Notes: a model not told the origin generated them from the letters alone. A DNA stretch of 53,198 bases from Candidatus Woesearchaeota archaeon (GCA_016208715.1 JACQXV010000027.1:1-53198); one strand, 5' to 3'. Shown: positions 9,827-19,258, counted from the first letter of the stretch. Numbers and translations: made by a program.

Positions 9827-10596
9827 GTAGCGTAGTCAACAAAAAGGGCGAAGTGGTTCTTGTAGTTCTCGCATTATTTGGTTTGATAGGGGTCGTGGCG
9901 TTATCCTCTAGCCCGCAAGAGAACGGAATTGTTGGGTCTGCCGCATCGATGAGTGGAGCCGCGCACGGCGGTGAAAGTGCCGCCCCGGCAACGATGTGGA
10001 CAGGAGTGTTCGCTGCTGTTTTTGTCATAGTCCTTGTTGGCGGCGTGGCGCTCGCGCGCTATCGCCACCTCTCCTTGGACAAACCCCCAACTGAAATCAG
10101 GACGGGTTTGGATCTGACTTCTGAAACCGGTTTACCTCAAGCGTCTTCTGAAGTTTCCAGACCCGTTCTCTCTTCTTTCGAAGATCAGCAAAAGATGCGT
10201 TCACAAGCAGCACTGCAGTCAACAGCAAGAACACAAAACACGAGGAAGGTTGTGAAAAAGCATGTCGTGATTTCAGAGATGAAACGTCTTGAGTTGCAGC
10301 GGTACATTTATCGTGCTCTTGGCGCCGGATTTGAAGAACCGGCCATTCGCGAGGTTCTCGTAGATCATGGATGGCCCAAGGAGGTTGTTGTTGATGCATT
10401 TGAACGTATGCGCCGCATGGACAAGAAGATAGAGTCTGCAGATCTCAGCTCACAGAATATTCAGTTGACACAAGCAATGGAAGCAATCAAGCAACTCAGA
10501 ACACAAGGCACGTCAAAAGAGGAAATTTCAGCCGCGCTTGTGAGCAAGGGATGGAAGTCGGAAGTCGTCGATCAATTGATGAAGAATATCTCGTGA
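9823..10596 (+). CDS. membrane protein with two TM helices and a tandem C-terminal repeat (GWPKEVVVDAF / GWKSEVVDQL)
   Basis: 257 aa. The N-terminus NKKG-EVVLVVLALFGLIGVVAL resembles a class III (prepilin-like) signal. A second TM follows. Cytoplasmic repeats. Confidence 0.55.
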   Translation: MSSVVNKKGEVVLVVLALFGLIGVVALSSSPQENGIVGSAASMSGAAHGGESAAPATMWTGVFAAVFVIVLVGGVALARYRHLSLDKPPTEIRTGLDLTSETGLPQASSEVSRPVLSSFEDQQKMRSQAALQSTARTQNTRKVVKKHVVISEMKRLELQRYIYRALGAGFEEPAIREVLVDHGWPKEVVVDAFERMRRMDKKIESADLSSQNIQLTQAMEAIKQLRTQGTSKEEISAALVSKGWKSEVVDQLMKNIS

Positions 10597-10614
10597 ACAA
10601 AATCAACACTCGCG

Positions 10615-11472
10615 GTGCAGGGGCCGCTTGTCATGGAAGATGTAGGTGGCGAAGTCAGGATGATAAAAAGAAAAGCAATTGCTGCGGCAAAGAAGACACA
10701 GACCCCAAAGATTGTTTTCATCAAGGGAAAGAAGCAGTTCGTCGAGGATCTTGACCGCGAGGTCCGTGTCCTGAAACAGGGCAGTTATTTTGTTGATGAC
10801 ACTTCAAGAGATTTTCATACGCAGCATGGTATAATCAAGAAGATGGATTTGCAGAAAGGGGGGCGTGTTCTTTCCGATCGCGGCAAGGAGTTTTCTGTCT
10901 TTGACGCTTCCTTTATCGACAGCTACCGCAGAATCAAGCGACTGGCGCAGATTATTCCGCTCAAGGACTTAGGATTCATTCTCGCAAAAACAGGTGTGGG
11001 GAGTAAGTCAGTTGTTGTGGAAGCCGGTTCTGGTTCAGGTGCGCTTTCGATTTTTTTTGCCCGCCACGTGAAGCACGTCATCAGTTATGATATCGAGGCG
11101 GATCATCAAGATGTTGCAAAACAGAATGCGGCTCGTCTTGGAATAGTCAACATCACGTTTAAGCCAGGAAGCATCTACGAAAAGATTGATGAGAAGAATG
11201 TTGACCTGGTATGTCTCGATGTCCCTGAGCCGTGGAGTGCGGTTGTGACAGCTAAAGGTGCGCTCAAGCAGGGAGGTTTTTTGGTGTCGTACAGCCCGGC
11301 TATTACACAAGTTGCTGATTTTGTGAATGCGGTCGCCGGTGATCCTGATTTTGTTCATCTCAAGACAGTCGAAGTGATTGAACGTGAGTGGGAGATTGAT
11401 GGACGAAAAGTTAGGCCTACGTCAAAATCGATTATTCACAGTGGATTTTTGTCCTTCGCACGAAGATTATGA
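10615..11472 (+). CDS. trmI: tRNA (adenine57/58-N1)-methyltransferase TrmI
   Basis: 285 aa. SAM motif VVEAGSGSGALS and overall Gcd14/TrmI architecture. Confidence 0.8.
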   Translation: MQGPLVMEDVGGEVRMIKRKAIAAAKKTQTPKIVFIKGKKQFVEDLDREVRVLKQGSYFVDDTSRDFHTQHGIIKKMDLQKGGRVLSDRGKEFSVFDASFIDSYRRIKRLAQIIPLKDLGFILAKTGVGSKSVVVEAGSGSGALSIFFARHVKHVISYDIEADHQDVAKQNAARLGIVNITFKPGSIYEKIDEKNVDLVCLDVPEPWSAVVTAKGALKQGGFLVSYSPAITQVADFVNAVAGDPDFVHLKTVEVIEREWEIDGRKVRPTSKSIIHSGFLSFARRL

Positions 11473-11513
11473 TTTAAGGACAAGTTGATCCGCACTGAGA
11501 GCAGTCATAGAGG

Positions 11514-12137
11514 TTGATTATATTGGTTCGTACATTGCTTGCAAAGAATCCACTGGTGCAGATCAAGAAACATATCCGCGTTGTCGGTTTTGACGATGCA
11601 CCTTTCAAGAAGAGCGCAGACAGCGATAGGTCTGACAACAAGACGTGGGTGATAGGCACAGTCACGCGCGGAGGGGATCAGGTTGACGGATTCATGTCTT
11701 TCAAAGTCAAGGTTGATGGGGATGAGGCGACAGACCGAATGATCGAGTGCGTGAACCGCTCAAGGTTCAAGCATCAGCTGCAATGCGTCTTTTTGGATGG
11801 TATTGCGGTTGCAGGGTTCAATCTTATTGATGTGCAGAAATTGTCGGTGAAGACGGGTCTGCCAGTAGTGAATGTTATACGTGATTATCCTGATTTTGAG
11901 AAGATGAGATTAGCAATGCAGAAGATTGGCATGCTTGATAAGTGGGCACTCATCGAACGGGCAGGGCCGGTTCGAAAGGTAGGAAATCTGTACATCCAGT
12001 CGACGGGGATCAGGGATGATCGCATCGGGCCGTTGTTGAAGATCGTGTGCACGCATTCGTTCATTCCCGAGCCGGTCCGCCTTTCGCACCTGATAGGCGC
12101 AGCGCTCATTTTCGGCGAGAGCAAAGGAAAAGCTTAA
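11514..12137 (+). CDS. DUF99/UPF0215 family protein (RNase H-like fold)
   Basis: 207 aa. The KKHIRVVGFDDAPF N-terminus is characteristic of the archaeal DUF99 family. Confidence 0.6.
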   Translation: MIILVRTLLAKNPLVQIKKHIRVVGFDDAPFKKSADSDRSDNKTWVIGTVTRGGDQVDGFMSFKVKVDGDEATDRMIECVNRSRFKHQLQCVFLDGIAVAGFNLIDVQKLSVKTGLPVVNVIRDYPDFEKMRLAMQKIGMLDKWALIERAGPVRKVGNLYIQSTGIRDDRIGPLLKIVCTHSFIPEPVRLSHLIGAALIFGESKGKA

Positions 12138-12151
12138 TGGTGTGATGCAGT

Positions 12152-12718
12152 ATGGGAACTATCCGTGAGAGATTGAAACAAAATGTTGAATCTTTTCGTA
12201 AAAGTTTGCTTGCACGTACGCACATGGAACGGGAAGGACAGCGTCGGCGCAAGGGAACCACCCAAAAGATTGTAGACTGCAAGTTCTGCAGGCAGATTAA
12301 GGAAAAGAGAGATATCATCTTTGAGAACGAGCATCTCGTTGTCGTCTTCGGCAGGCCTCACCACAAGGGGCATCTTGTCGTGATGCCTCGCCATCACGAA
12401 GAGAACCTGCTACGTCTGCACGAGAAGACACTCGATTCGATCTTTAACGACACTGTGCTTGTTATGAAGGCACTGGAGAAGGCAATCAAGCCGGACTTAT
12501 TTAATTTAGAATATCTTGATAATTGGGATAGCCACGTGCATTTGAATGTCTATCCTCGCTTCAAATCAGATCCTGATTATGGCAATCCTCCAGTTCTTCC
12601 AAAAAAGGAGGAGCCATTCACGCCACGGACATTGTCGAAAAAGGAGATGATGATATTCGAGCGCGAGCTTGGGAAGATCAAGGAGCGTCTTGAGAAAGAA
12701 TGGAAAAAACCAAATTAG
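12152..12718 (+). CDS. HIT-family (histidine triad) hydrolase
   Basis: 188 aa. HVHLNVYPR histidine-triad motif. C-x2-C near the N-terminus. Confidence 0.75.
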   Translation: MGTIRERLKQNVESFRKSLLARTHMEREGQRRRKGTTQKIVDCKFCRQIKEKRDIIFENEHLVVVFGRPHHKGHLVVMPRHHEENLLRLHEKTLDSIFNDTVLVMKALEKAIKPDLFNLEYLDNWDSHVHLNVYPRFKSDPDYGNPPVLPKKEEPFTPRTLSKKEMMIFERELGKIKERLEKEWKKPN

Positions 12719-12730
12719 CTGCCACCAACT

Positions 12731-13008
12731 GCTCTGTCCGTAATTGTGCCGCTGCTACCCTGTGAGCACAACAATATTCCATGATCAGCGGGCGCGCATG
12801 AAACCACCAGTGAAACATTGGTGGAATATTGTTGTTTGAGCATAGCTCAAACGACTTGTGGAATTTTAGCGCATTAAACATCCTCTCGGCGATAAGATTG
12901 CCTTTTTTGCAACGCAAAAAAGACCAGCAAACCGAAGGTTTGCCGCTGCCAGAGATATTCACTGCGAGCGGTGCAGCGGCCAAGCGTAAGCGAGATTCGG
13001 GACAGAGT
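12731..13008. repeat. composite MITE. A family-2 element (ends gctctgtccg...gattcgggacagag) carries a family-3 core inserted in reverse at about 12808-12885
   Basis: The termini match the copies at 27241, 33042 and 50518. The internal segment matches 39838 and 46261 in reverse. It fills the HIT-HIT intergenic region and ends 12 bp before the ATG at 13020. Confidence 0.75.
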
Positions 13009-13019
13009 CGTCACCAACG

Positions 13020-13604
13020 ATGAAAATGACAAAACCAAAGAGCGTAAGCGGCAACAAAGGCAAGAATGCGTGCCACGCATGCGGTCTACTCAAAGATCCG
13101 CAATCAAAGGGTGCTCGTCTGCTCTACCTATCAAAGCAATTTGGAGCATTCATAGTTGATGAGCCGCTCTTCAAGCCCCACATTGACCGTAAGGATGGTG
13201 GGCATCTCGCGATTCTGCCGCGCCGCCACACGGTTGACCGCAACGAGTTCACCAGTGAGGAAGCAGAGGAGTTCATCCTATTATCAATGGCGGTCGGCGG
13301 TGCTATGCATAAGGCGCTTCCTCGTCGTGGAATCAAGCTAGCGATAATCAATTATCAACAGAATGGCAACTGGGGTGTCGATCGTCCTGGCGGGCCGCAC
13401 TTGCATCTTCATCTGTACGGCAGGGCAAGGGACGCAAAGAAACAGAAGCATGGTGAGGCGCTGTATTTTCCTCCGAAGGGCGATAACTTCTATAAAGGAT
13501 TCAAGCCGTTCAATGAAAATGACGAGAAGATGATACAAACTGAATTCAACTCGATCAAGCGTGATAAAAAGTATGCTTTGCTGAAGAAACGAAATATGCT
13601 TTAG
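13020..13604 (+). CDS. HIT-like protein (diverged paralogue; HLHLHLY triad)
   Basis: 194 aa. HxHxHxx motif, and the N-terminal C-x2-C parallels the upstream HIT gene. Confidence 0.6.
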   Translation: MKMTKPKSVSGNKGKNACHACGLLKDPQSKGARLLYLSKQFGAFIVDEPLFKPHIDRKDGGHLAILPRRHTVDRNEFTSEEAEEFILLSMAVGGAMHKALPRRGIKLAIINYQQNGNWGVDRPGGPHLHLHLYGRARDAKKQKHGEALYFPPKGDNFYKGFKPFNENDEKMIQTEFNSIKRDKKYALLKKRNML

Positions 13605-13612
13605 GCTAAAAA

Positions 13613-15367
13613 TTAAATGTAGTATAGTTTCTTCCCAGCCTTCTGCACCCGATCCATCTGGCTTCCTGGCTTGTTTGCCCGCGGGCGGTTAGATTCGTGG
13701 TCGCGCCTGAATGTCATGTTCAGCATGGTTAGGAACTTGTTCATGCCATCTTGCATATTGAATGGTCCGTGGACATTACCCCGCACTGCAGGTTCCCCAT
13801 CAAATACCATGATCTTCTTTGAGATATAATCAACAAAGAGCAGGTCGTGGTCGATGATTACACAGCTTGTGCCGCGCAGCTCCATTATGTCATGGATTAT
13901 GCGTGAGACAAGCAGGCGTTGTTCTACATCGAGGTATGCGCTCGGCTCATCGAGTAAGTACAGGTCTGCTTTTTGTGAGAGGCAATTGGCGATTGCGACG
14001 CGCTGTAGCTCTCCACCGGAGAGATGATTGAGCTGCTTAGTGAAAAGCCCCTTGAGGTTGAGGGGCTTGATAAGCTGCGCTTCGTATTTGGTGATTGCGT
14101 CATGAAGAACAGTCATGACAAGCTCTTCGTTCGGCTGTAGGTACTGTGGTTTGTATGCGACTACGATCTTTTCATCGATGACGCCGAAATCAGGGTCCAT
14201 GACTTTGGCAAGCAGCTTGACAAAAGAGGTCTTTCCGATGCCATTCTCTCCCAACACTCCTATGATCTCGTTTTGGTTGATGGCTCCTTGTGCGGCAGCG
14301 AGCGTGAAGTTGCCAAGCTTCTTGCTGACATCCCTCCATGCGCTGATGGCTGCTTTTCCTTCCTTGTGGTCTGGAGGTTTTGAGCCGAAGCGGATCTCGT
14401 GGTCGCGGAACCGGATGTTCTCTTCTTTAAGATGGCCTGACAGGAATACATTGATCCCAACGCGCGCAGTCTTTGGAAGGCTCACTACGCCAAATACTCC
14501 TTCTTTTCCGTACATTAAGTGTACAAGATCAGCCACGTAATCAAGGATGATGAGGTCATGTTCGATCACGAGAACTGCTGTGTTCTCGTCAGCAAGGCTC
14601 TTGATGAGATCGCTTACCTTGAAGCGTTGCTTAATGTCAAGATATGATGCGGGCTCGTCAAAGATGTAGAGGTTTGCGCGCTTGAGGGCGGTCGCTGCGA
14701 TTGCGACACGTTGTAGCTCGCCGCCGCTGATGTGCTCAATGTTGTGGTCGAGGAGCTTGGTAAGGTCAAGCGCGGCGGACATTTCAGCAAGCTTCTGCTT
14801 TTGGTCCGCTTTGGTGAGCAGCTCCCGTACAGTGCCAGCAAACTGTTTTGGGATCGCATCAACTGCTTGGGGCTTGTACGCCGGGACGATCTTTCCGTCG
14901 CGTACTGCTTCAAAAAAGTTCTGCGCTTCGGTACCTTTGAAGTACTGGACTAGTTCCTGAAATGTTGCTTCGCTGTCGAAGTTACCAAGGTTCGGTTTGA
15001 GTACGCCTGCGATGATTTTGATCGCTGTTGATTTTCCTATGCCGTTGACTCCAAGGATTCCCACTACTTTGCCGAAGATCGGAGTTGGAAGCGAATAGAG
15101 CGCGAACTCGTTTTGTCCATAGCGATGGATCGGGTTTTTCTTAAGTTCCTCTGGAAGGTTTATGATTTCGATTGCCCCAAACGGACAGCGGTGTACGCAG
15201 ATGCCGCACCCAATACATAGGGCTTCGTCTATTTTGGCTTTCTTGTCGTCGCCAACAAAGATGCAGTCTGTGCCTTCGCGATTGATTGGGCAAAGCTTCG
15301 CGCATAGGTAATTTCCGCAGCCTGCCGGGTTGCATTTATCCTTATCCACGATTGCGATGCGTTTCAT
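13613..15367 (-). CDS. ABCE1 / RNase L inhibitor (ribosome recycling factor, Fe-S ABC ATPase)
   Basis: 584 aa. N-terminal 4Fe-4S ferredoxin cysteines (CxxCxxxC...CIGCGIC) and two ABC domains. Confidence 0.93.
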   Translation of the reverse strand: MKRIAIVDKDKCNPAGCGNYLCAKLCPINREGTDCIFVGDDKKAKIDEALCIGCGICVHRCPFGAIEIINLPEELKKNPIHRYGQNEFALYSLPTPIFGKVVGILGVNGIGKSTAIKIIAGVLKPNLGNFDSEATFQELVQYFKGTEAQNFFEAVRDGKIVPAYKPQAVDAIPKQFAGTVRELLTKADQKQKLAEMSAALDLTKLLDHNIEHISGGELQRVAIAATALKRANLYIFDEPASYLDIKQRFKVSDLIKSLADENTAVLVIEHDLIILDYVADLVHLMYGKEGVFGVVSLPKTARVGINVFLSGHLKEENIRFRDHEIRFGSKPPDHKEGKAAISAWRDVSKKLGNFTLAAAQGAINQNEIIGVLGENGIGKTSFVKLLAKVMDPDFGVIDEKIVVAYKPQYLQPNEELVMTVLHDAITKYEAQLIKPLNLKGLFTKQLNHLSGGELQRVAIANCLSQKADLYLLDEPSAYLDVEQRLLVSRIIHDIMELRGTSCVIIDHDLLFVDYISKKIMVFDGEPAVRGNVHGPFNMQDGMNKFLTMLNMTFRRDHESNRPRANKPGSQMDRVQKAGKKLYYI

Positions 15368-15457
15368 GGATGTTTAGGCCACGTGGGCGTTTATAAAGCT
15401 TTGCGGGTTTCTGTCGGAGGTAGCTTTAAATACATTTGGCTTTTCTTGCCGGCTATG

Positions 15458-15610
15458 AAGTGTGAGATTTGCGGCAACAAAATAGTGGAGACCTTCCTTG
15501 AGAAAGCGGTCGGCACAGTGGTGAAGGACGCAAAGGGCAAGAAGCACTGGGTTTGCGCTAAATGTCAATCAAGCCTGCACAGCAAGGATGTACTGCTTGC
15601 AAAAATCTGA
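15458..15610 (+). CDS. small zinc-ribbon protein (C-x2-C...C-x2-C)
   Basis: About 50 aa, MKCEICGNK...VCAKCQ. Start chosen at an internal Met. Low-complexity support only. Confidence 0.4.
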   Translation, partial: KCEICGNKIVETFLEKAVGTVVKDAKGKKHWVCAKCQSSLHSKDVLLAKI

Positions 15611-15627
15611 TGGCATTCATGATCATC

Positions 15628-15700
15628 GCCCTCGTAGCACAGTAGCTAGTGCGTCTGCCTCGTAAGCAGAAGGTCGCGAGTGCAATTCTCGTCGAGGGCT
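15628..15700 (+). tRNA. tRNA-Thr (anticodon CGT)-like, with an atypical T-loop (tgcaatt; G at position 55)
   Basis: A cloverleaf can be drawn: acceptor gccctcg/cgagggc, D-arm gcac/gtgc, anticodon loop ctcgtaa. The T-loop lacks the canonical TTC. Its 3' part is duplicated at 15788-15809. Confidence 0.55.
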
Positions 15701-15787
15701 TTTTTTGTGCAGTTGGTGGTTTGTCGTGCCATCGAACGTAGTGAGATGGTACTTGATGGCGGGATCAAGGAACAAGACCCTTGCGCT

Positions 15788-15809
15788 GGGTGCAATTCTC
15801 GTCGAGGGA
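15788..15809 (+). repeat. direct repeat of the tRNA-Thr-like 3' segment (gggtgcaattctcgtcgaggg)
   Basis: 19/19 identity with 15680-15698. Both copies are followed by a T-run. Confidence 0.6.
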
Positions 15810-15901
15810 TTTTTCTTTGTCTTCTTGAGTCAAGCAAGATTAATATAGGTTTAGTGTGTACTATCAACTAATATCTATGGTTATCAAATAGGTGGTTAAA
15901 A

Positions 15902-16657
15902 ATGGCAGTCGCAATAGTCTTTACTGTAATTGTCGTTGTATTAGTAATTCTATTTATCGGCCTGCGGGTGATAAAACAGTACGAGAAATCAGTCATATTC
16001 ACATTGGGAAAATTCACCAGCGTAAAAGAGCCAGGCCTTAGATATGTTATACCCGTTATACAACAAATGGACCGTGTAGATATGCGAGTCAGGACGCTAG
16101 ACATAGAGAAACAGCAAGTAATGACAAAAGACAACGTGCCTGTGAATGTTAACGGAGTAGTATTTTTCAAAGTCACAAAAGTGCAGGACGCAGTCATCAA
16201 AGTTCAGGATTATGAATATGCAATAGCACAATACGCGCAGACAGCTTTAAGAGATGTTATTGGCGGAATGACGCTGGATACAATACTGGCAGAGAGGCAA
16301 AAGATTGGTGACGAGATAAGAAAGATAGTCGACAAAGAGACAGACCAATGGGGGCTTGATGTTCAGGTAATAAAACTGCAAGACATCGAAGTGCCAGACG
16401 ATCTCAAGAGGATCATGAGCAGGCAAGCTGCGGCAGAAAGAGAGAAGAGAGCGGTCATTATCAAGAGCGAAGGGGACAAAGACGCAGCAAAGAACCTCGC
16501 TGACGCCGCAAAGACAATGGCAACCTCAAGAGGGGCGATGCAACTGAGAACTCTCCAGACACTCGACGGGCTGGGACCTACAGCGAGTAATACCGTGGTA
16601 CTAGCACTGCCGGTTGAGATAATGGAATTCTTTCAAAAACTTGCAAAGAAAGATTAG
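15902..16657 (+). CDS. SPFH/Band-7 (stomatin/prohibitin-like) membrane protein
   Basis: 251 aa. N-terminal TM followed by an SPFH domain (VNGVVFFKV...AIAQYAQTALRDVIG). Confidence 0.85.
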   Translation: MAVAIVFTVIVVVLVILFIGLRVIKQYEKSVIFTLGKFTSVKEPGLRYVIPVIQQMDRVDMRVRTLDIEKQQVMTKDNVPVNVNGVVFFKVTKVQDAVIKVQDYEYAIAQYAQTALRDVIGGMTLDTILAERQKIGDEIRKIVDKETDQWGLDVQVIKLQDIEVPDDLKRIMSRQAAAEREKRAVIIKSEGDKDAAKNLADAAKTMATSRGAMQLRTLQTLDGLGPTASNTVVLALPVEIMEFFQKLAKKD

Positions 16658-16798
16658 GTAGCAACTAGAAAGAGGCAATGCCCGAATACAGAAGTCATCG
16701 ACTTTTGGGGTGGGGTGTTCAAGACAGATGACCTCCTCCCGCGCCCTAAAGGGCAGGGGTTTAAACCCTCGGCTAGCAACATACACCTACGGGTTTAA

Positions 16799-17071
16799 GT
16801 GCGCCAGGGGCTTTTTGTGGTAATGATGAAAGAGTACTCAAAGAAAATCTCCATAGACGACCGCGTCGCCTTTCGTGCTGATTGGGTCGAGTTCCGGCGG
16901 GACAATGGAGGGCTGATCTGTTCACTGGAAGGGGAGTTTCTGCGGGACGGAGAGAGCTTCGATCCGCCCATGCCTTATTATTTATCGAATATCGGTGTGC
17001 CTTCGGATAATTTACTTCAGATTCTGGTCCCTGTGTACAAGGATCTGATGCACGAGAGAAAGAAGAGCTGA
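16799..17071 (+). CDS. hypothetical protein
   Basis: 90-aa ORF with no recognisable motif. A MITE family-1 fragment lies just upstream (16725-16775). Confidence 0.3.
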   Translation: MRQGLFVVMMKEYSKKISIDDRVAFRADWVEFRRDNGGLICSLEGEFLRDGESFDPPMPYYLSNIGVPSDNLLQILVPVYKDLMHERKKS

Positions 17072-17100
17072 TGTGGGGGATTGCATTGGCACTTTGCGTT

Positions 17101-17688
17101 TCAATGATGATGATGCTTGTGCGGCTTCTCAAAGAAATGGAGTACCTTTGCGAACCTTGGCGCTCGTGACAGTGGCCTAATAAATCTCGCGAACAGCTGC
17201 GTGCGTGTCGCTTTCACGATGCGTTCTGCTTCTTGCGCGCCATATGCGACTTCCTTCTCGATTTCGGTGCCTTCGCGGAAGAGTTTTGTGAGTTTTTCTC
17301 CTTCCTTAATGATCTTCACTCCTTCCTTTTCAACCTCAAGTCCCTCGTGCACGACTTTTTGCGTAGCGGATATTGTTTCCACCCCGCCACCAAGCAGGCC
17401 AAGCGCTTCAAAGAGTCGGAATACTAAGAAGAAAGGAAACACTGCTAGGATGTCAAGCCAGTAGTGTTTAACAAATAGCGGGACGTTTCTTGTACGGAGG
17501 TACTTGAACACCAGGTCAACAAAAAAGACGGTGACTATAAACGCGTCTGTGATAACGATTAGAGTATGATACTTTTCTGCTGCTTCCTTAAAGAAGAATT
17601 CTATGATGATTATGTTGAGCAGGATAATGAGCAGATACGGGATGAGATGATCTACGAGGACCTCCAAATCATGGTACCACTTTTTCAT
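17101..17688 (-). CDS. voltage-sensor-domain-like membrane protein (S1-S3/S4-like helices, no pore) with a charged coiled-coil tail and a poly-His C-terminus
   Basis: 195 aa. WLDILAVFPFFL resembles the channel S3/S4 region. No selectivity filter. Divergent from the K+ channel gene. Confidence 0.5.
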   Translation of the reverse strand: MKKWYHDLEVLVDHLIPYLLIILLNIIIIEFFFKEAAEKYHTLIVITDAFIVTVFFVDLVFKYLRTRNVPLFVKHYWLDILAVFPFFLVFRLFEALGLLGGGVETISATQKVVHEGLEVEKEGVKIIKEGEKLTKLFREGTEIEKEVAYGAQEAERIVKATRTQLFARFIRPLSRAPRFAKVLHFFEKPHKHHHH

Positions 17689-17821
17689 GTGGTATTCGTG
17701 TTTTCTTGGATTTATTAATCTTGCGTGGATGTTTAAAACCGCTCTACAATGGTTTCAGCATTGGTTTGAACCTATAAAAAAGATTTAAATAGGTAGTTCT
17801 CATCTGCACCACGTTAGTCTG

Positions 17822-18784
17822 ATGGATTTCAAAAAGAGGCTGCAGAGGGTCTTGTCGCTCTCCGTAATGAAGAATGATAAAGGTAAAACAGACATTTCTC
17901 TTTTGAAGTTAGTTAACTATAATCTGCTTTTCTTCATCCCGATCCTGCTTTCGCTTCTACTCGCTTTATGGATTGGGAAAGCGTACCACGCGTATTTTGA
18001 GGCTTCTGTAGCGGTGACCGTGCGAATTCTGATGATTTACTTCACGATAATTATCTTCTTTTTTATCGTGCCGTTCATACGCGAGCGCGAAAAGCTCGCG
18101 GGCGTGCGTTACTCGATTCTAGCGTTCTTTTTGGTCGGTGTCGGGGTCACGCTGCCATCGATGCTCAAAGGGGATTTTTCGCTGTTTTCAAATCTGTTGA
18201 TTTATTTTGGCAGTTACACGATCATTACGTTCTTCATGAGTCCTGATGTTTTGGGTATCGAGAAAAACATTAAGCAATGGTTTAAGCATCATAAGCAGCT
18301 CAACATTGTTGCCGTATTTCTCACGATTACGCTGTTGTACATTTTTGGTTTTGCTGCAACATACTACGCGATTTATCAGGACCAAACAAATCCCAAGGCG
18401 TTTAATTTTGGTTTTGAAAAGGAAGTTGGATATGGGACGTTTGTGTATTATAGCGTAGTGACGTTTGCTACAGTTGGATACGGTGACATCACACCGCTGT
18501 CGACGGCTGCAAGGGTAGTCGCGGGCACGCACATCATTTTGAGCACCGTGGTGAACGTGCTATTCATCGCGATCATTTTGGTGTTTGTTTCGAGTGCTCA
18601 GGTGATGTCCGAGGAGACGACAAAGGAAGCGATTGAAAAAGTGGAAGAGGAAGAGAAACGAGGTTTCAAGAAAGAGGAAAAGGAAATTCTTAATGTGGAA
18701 AGAGAGGTGGAGAAAGTAGACAGAAATAGGCCACCGAATAATGGCTGGCGTCCGGAAGTCGTTGAGGAACTCCGCAAATTATGA
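17822..18784 (+). CDS. potassium channel (6 TM, pore TVGYGD) with a Glu/Lys-rich C-terminus
   Basis: 320 aa. Selectivity filter TVGYGDITP, a pore helix and multiple hydrophobic segments. Confidence 0.85.
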   Translation: MDFKKRLQRVLSLSVMKNDKGKTDISLLKLVNYNLLFFIPILLSLLLALWIGKAYHAYFEASVAVTVRILMIYFTIIIFFFIVPFIREREKLAGVRYSILAFFLVGVGVTLPSMLKGDFSLFSNLLIYFGSYTIITFFMSPDVLGIEKNIKQWFKHHKQLNIVAVFLTITLLYIFGFAATYYAIYQDQTNPKAFNFGFEKEVGYGTFVYYSVVTFATVGYGDITPLSTAARVVAGTHIILSTVVNVLFIAIILVFVSSAQVMSEETTKEAIEKVEEEEKRGFKKEEKEILNVEREVEKVDRNRPPNNGWRPEVVEELRKL

Positions 18785-18792
18785 CGTCTTTT

Positions 18793-19188
18793 CTATGAAT
18801 TGTTCCCGATCAATTCTTCAAACTGTAATCCCCTCATCTTGGCGTCTTCAAGTCCAAGAGCAAAGCTTTCACCAGTGCATTCTAATTCGCTTGTAGGCAC
18901 AAAGAACCAGTCTACGTGGTCAAATTTCACCGCAATCCAGCTCTCTGCCCCAAATTTTTTAGAGTATTCTTGGAGTTCAGTAACTTCTTTTTTTGTTAAA
19001 TATTGTTTGATTTCTTTAGTAACTTTGCACTCGAGCGCCACCCTTCGTATCGCGTTCCCTGCAATGATATCCGGGCTTGGATAGTGATTTGATCCACTTC
19101 CGGCAGTCCGTATTGCGGCCCATCCATGCTTCCAAAAGAGATGGATCAGCTCGCGTTCCGCATTGATTCCTTTGCTTTTTACGCGCAT
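18793..19188 (-). CDS. hjc: Holliday junction resolvase Hjc
   Basis: 131 aa. ERELIHLFWKHGWAAIRTAGSG...VALECKVTK matches the Hjc signature (ERELV..LW..GFAAVR.AGSG...IEVK). Confidence 0.9.
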   Translation of the reverse strand: MRVKSKGINAERELIHLFWKHGWAAIRTAGSGSNHYPSPDIIAGNAIRRVALECKVTKEIKQYLTKKEVTELQEYSKKFGAESWIAVKFDHVDWFFVPTSELECTGESFALGLEDAKMRGLQFEELIGNNS

Positions 19189-19258
19189 GCCTTAGGAGGT
19201 CTCTTTCGTGATTAAATACGTTGTGAAAAGAAGCTCAAAGAATTTAATCGGTTGATGA

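Noticed and set aside
15383-15457. Longer N-terminus (from 15383) for the small zinc-ribbon gene
   Set aside because: The extension (MGVYKALRVSVGGSFKYIWLFLPA) overlaps the ABCE1 promoter region and is hydrophobic junk-like. The internal Met gives a compact C4 ribbon.
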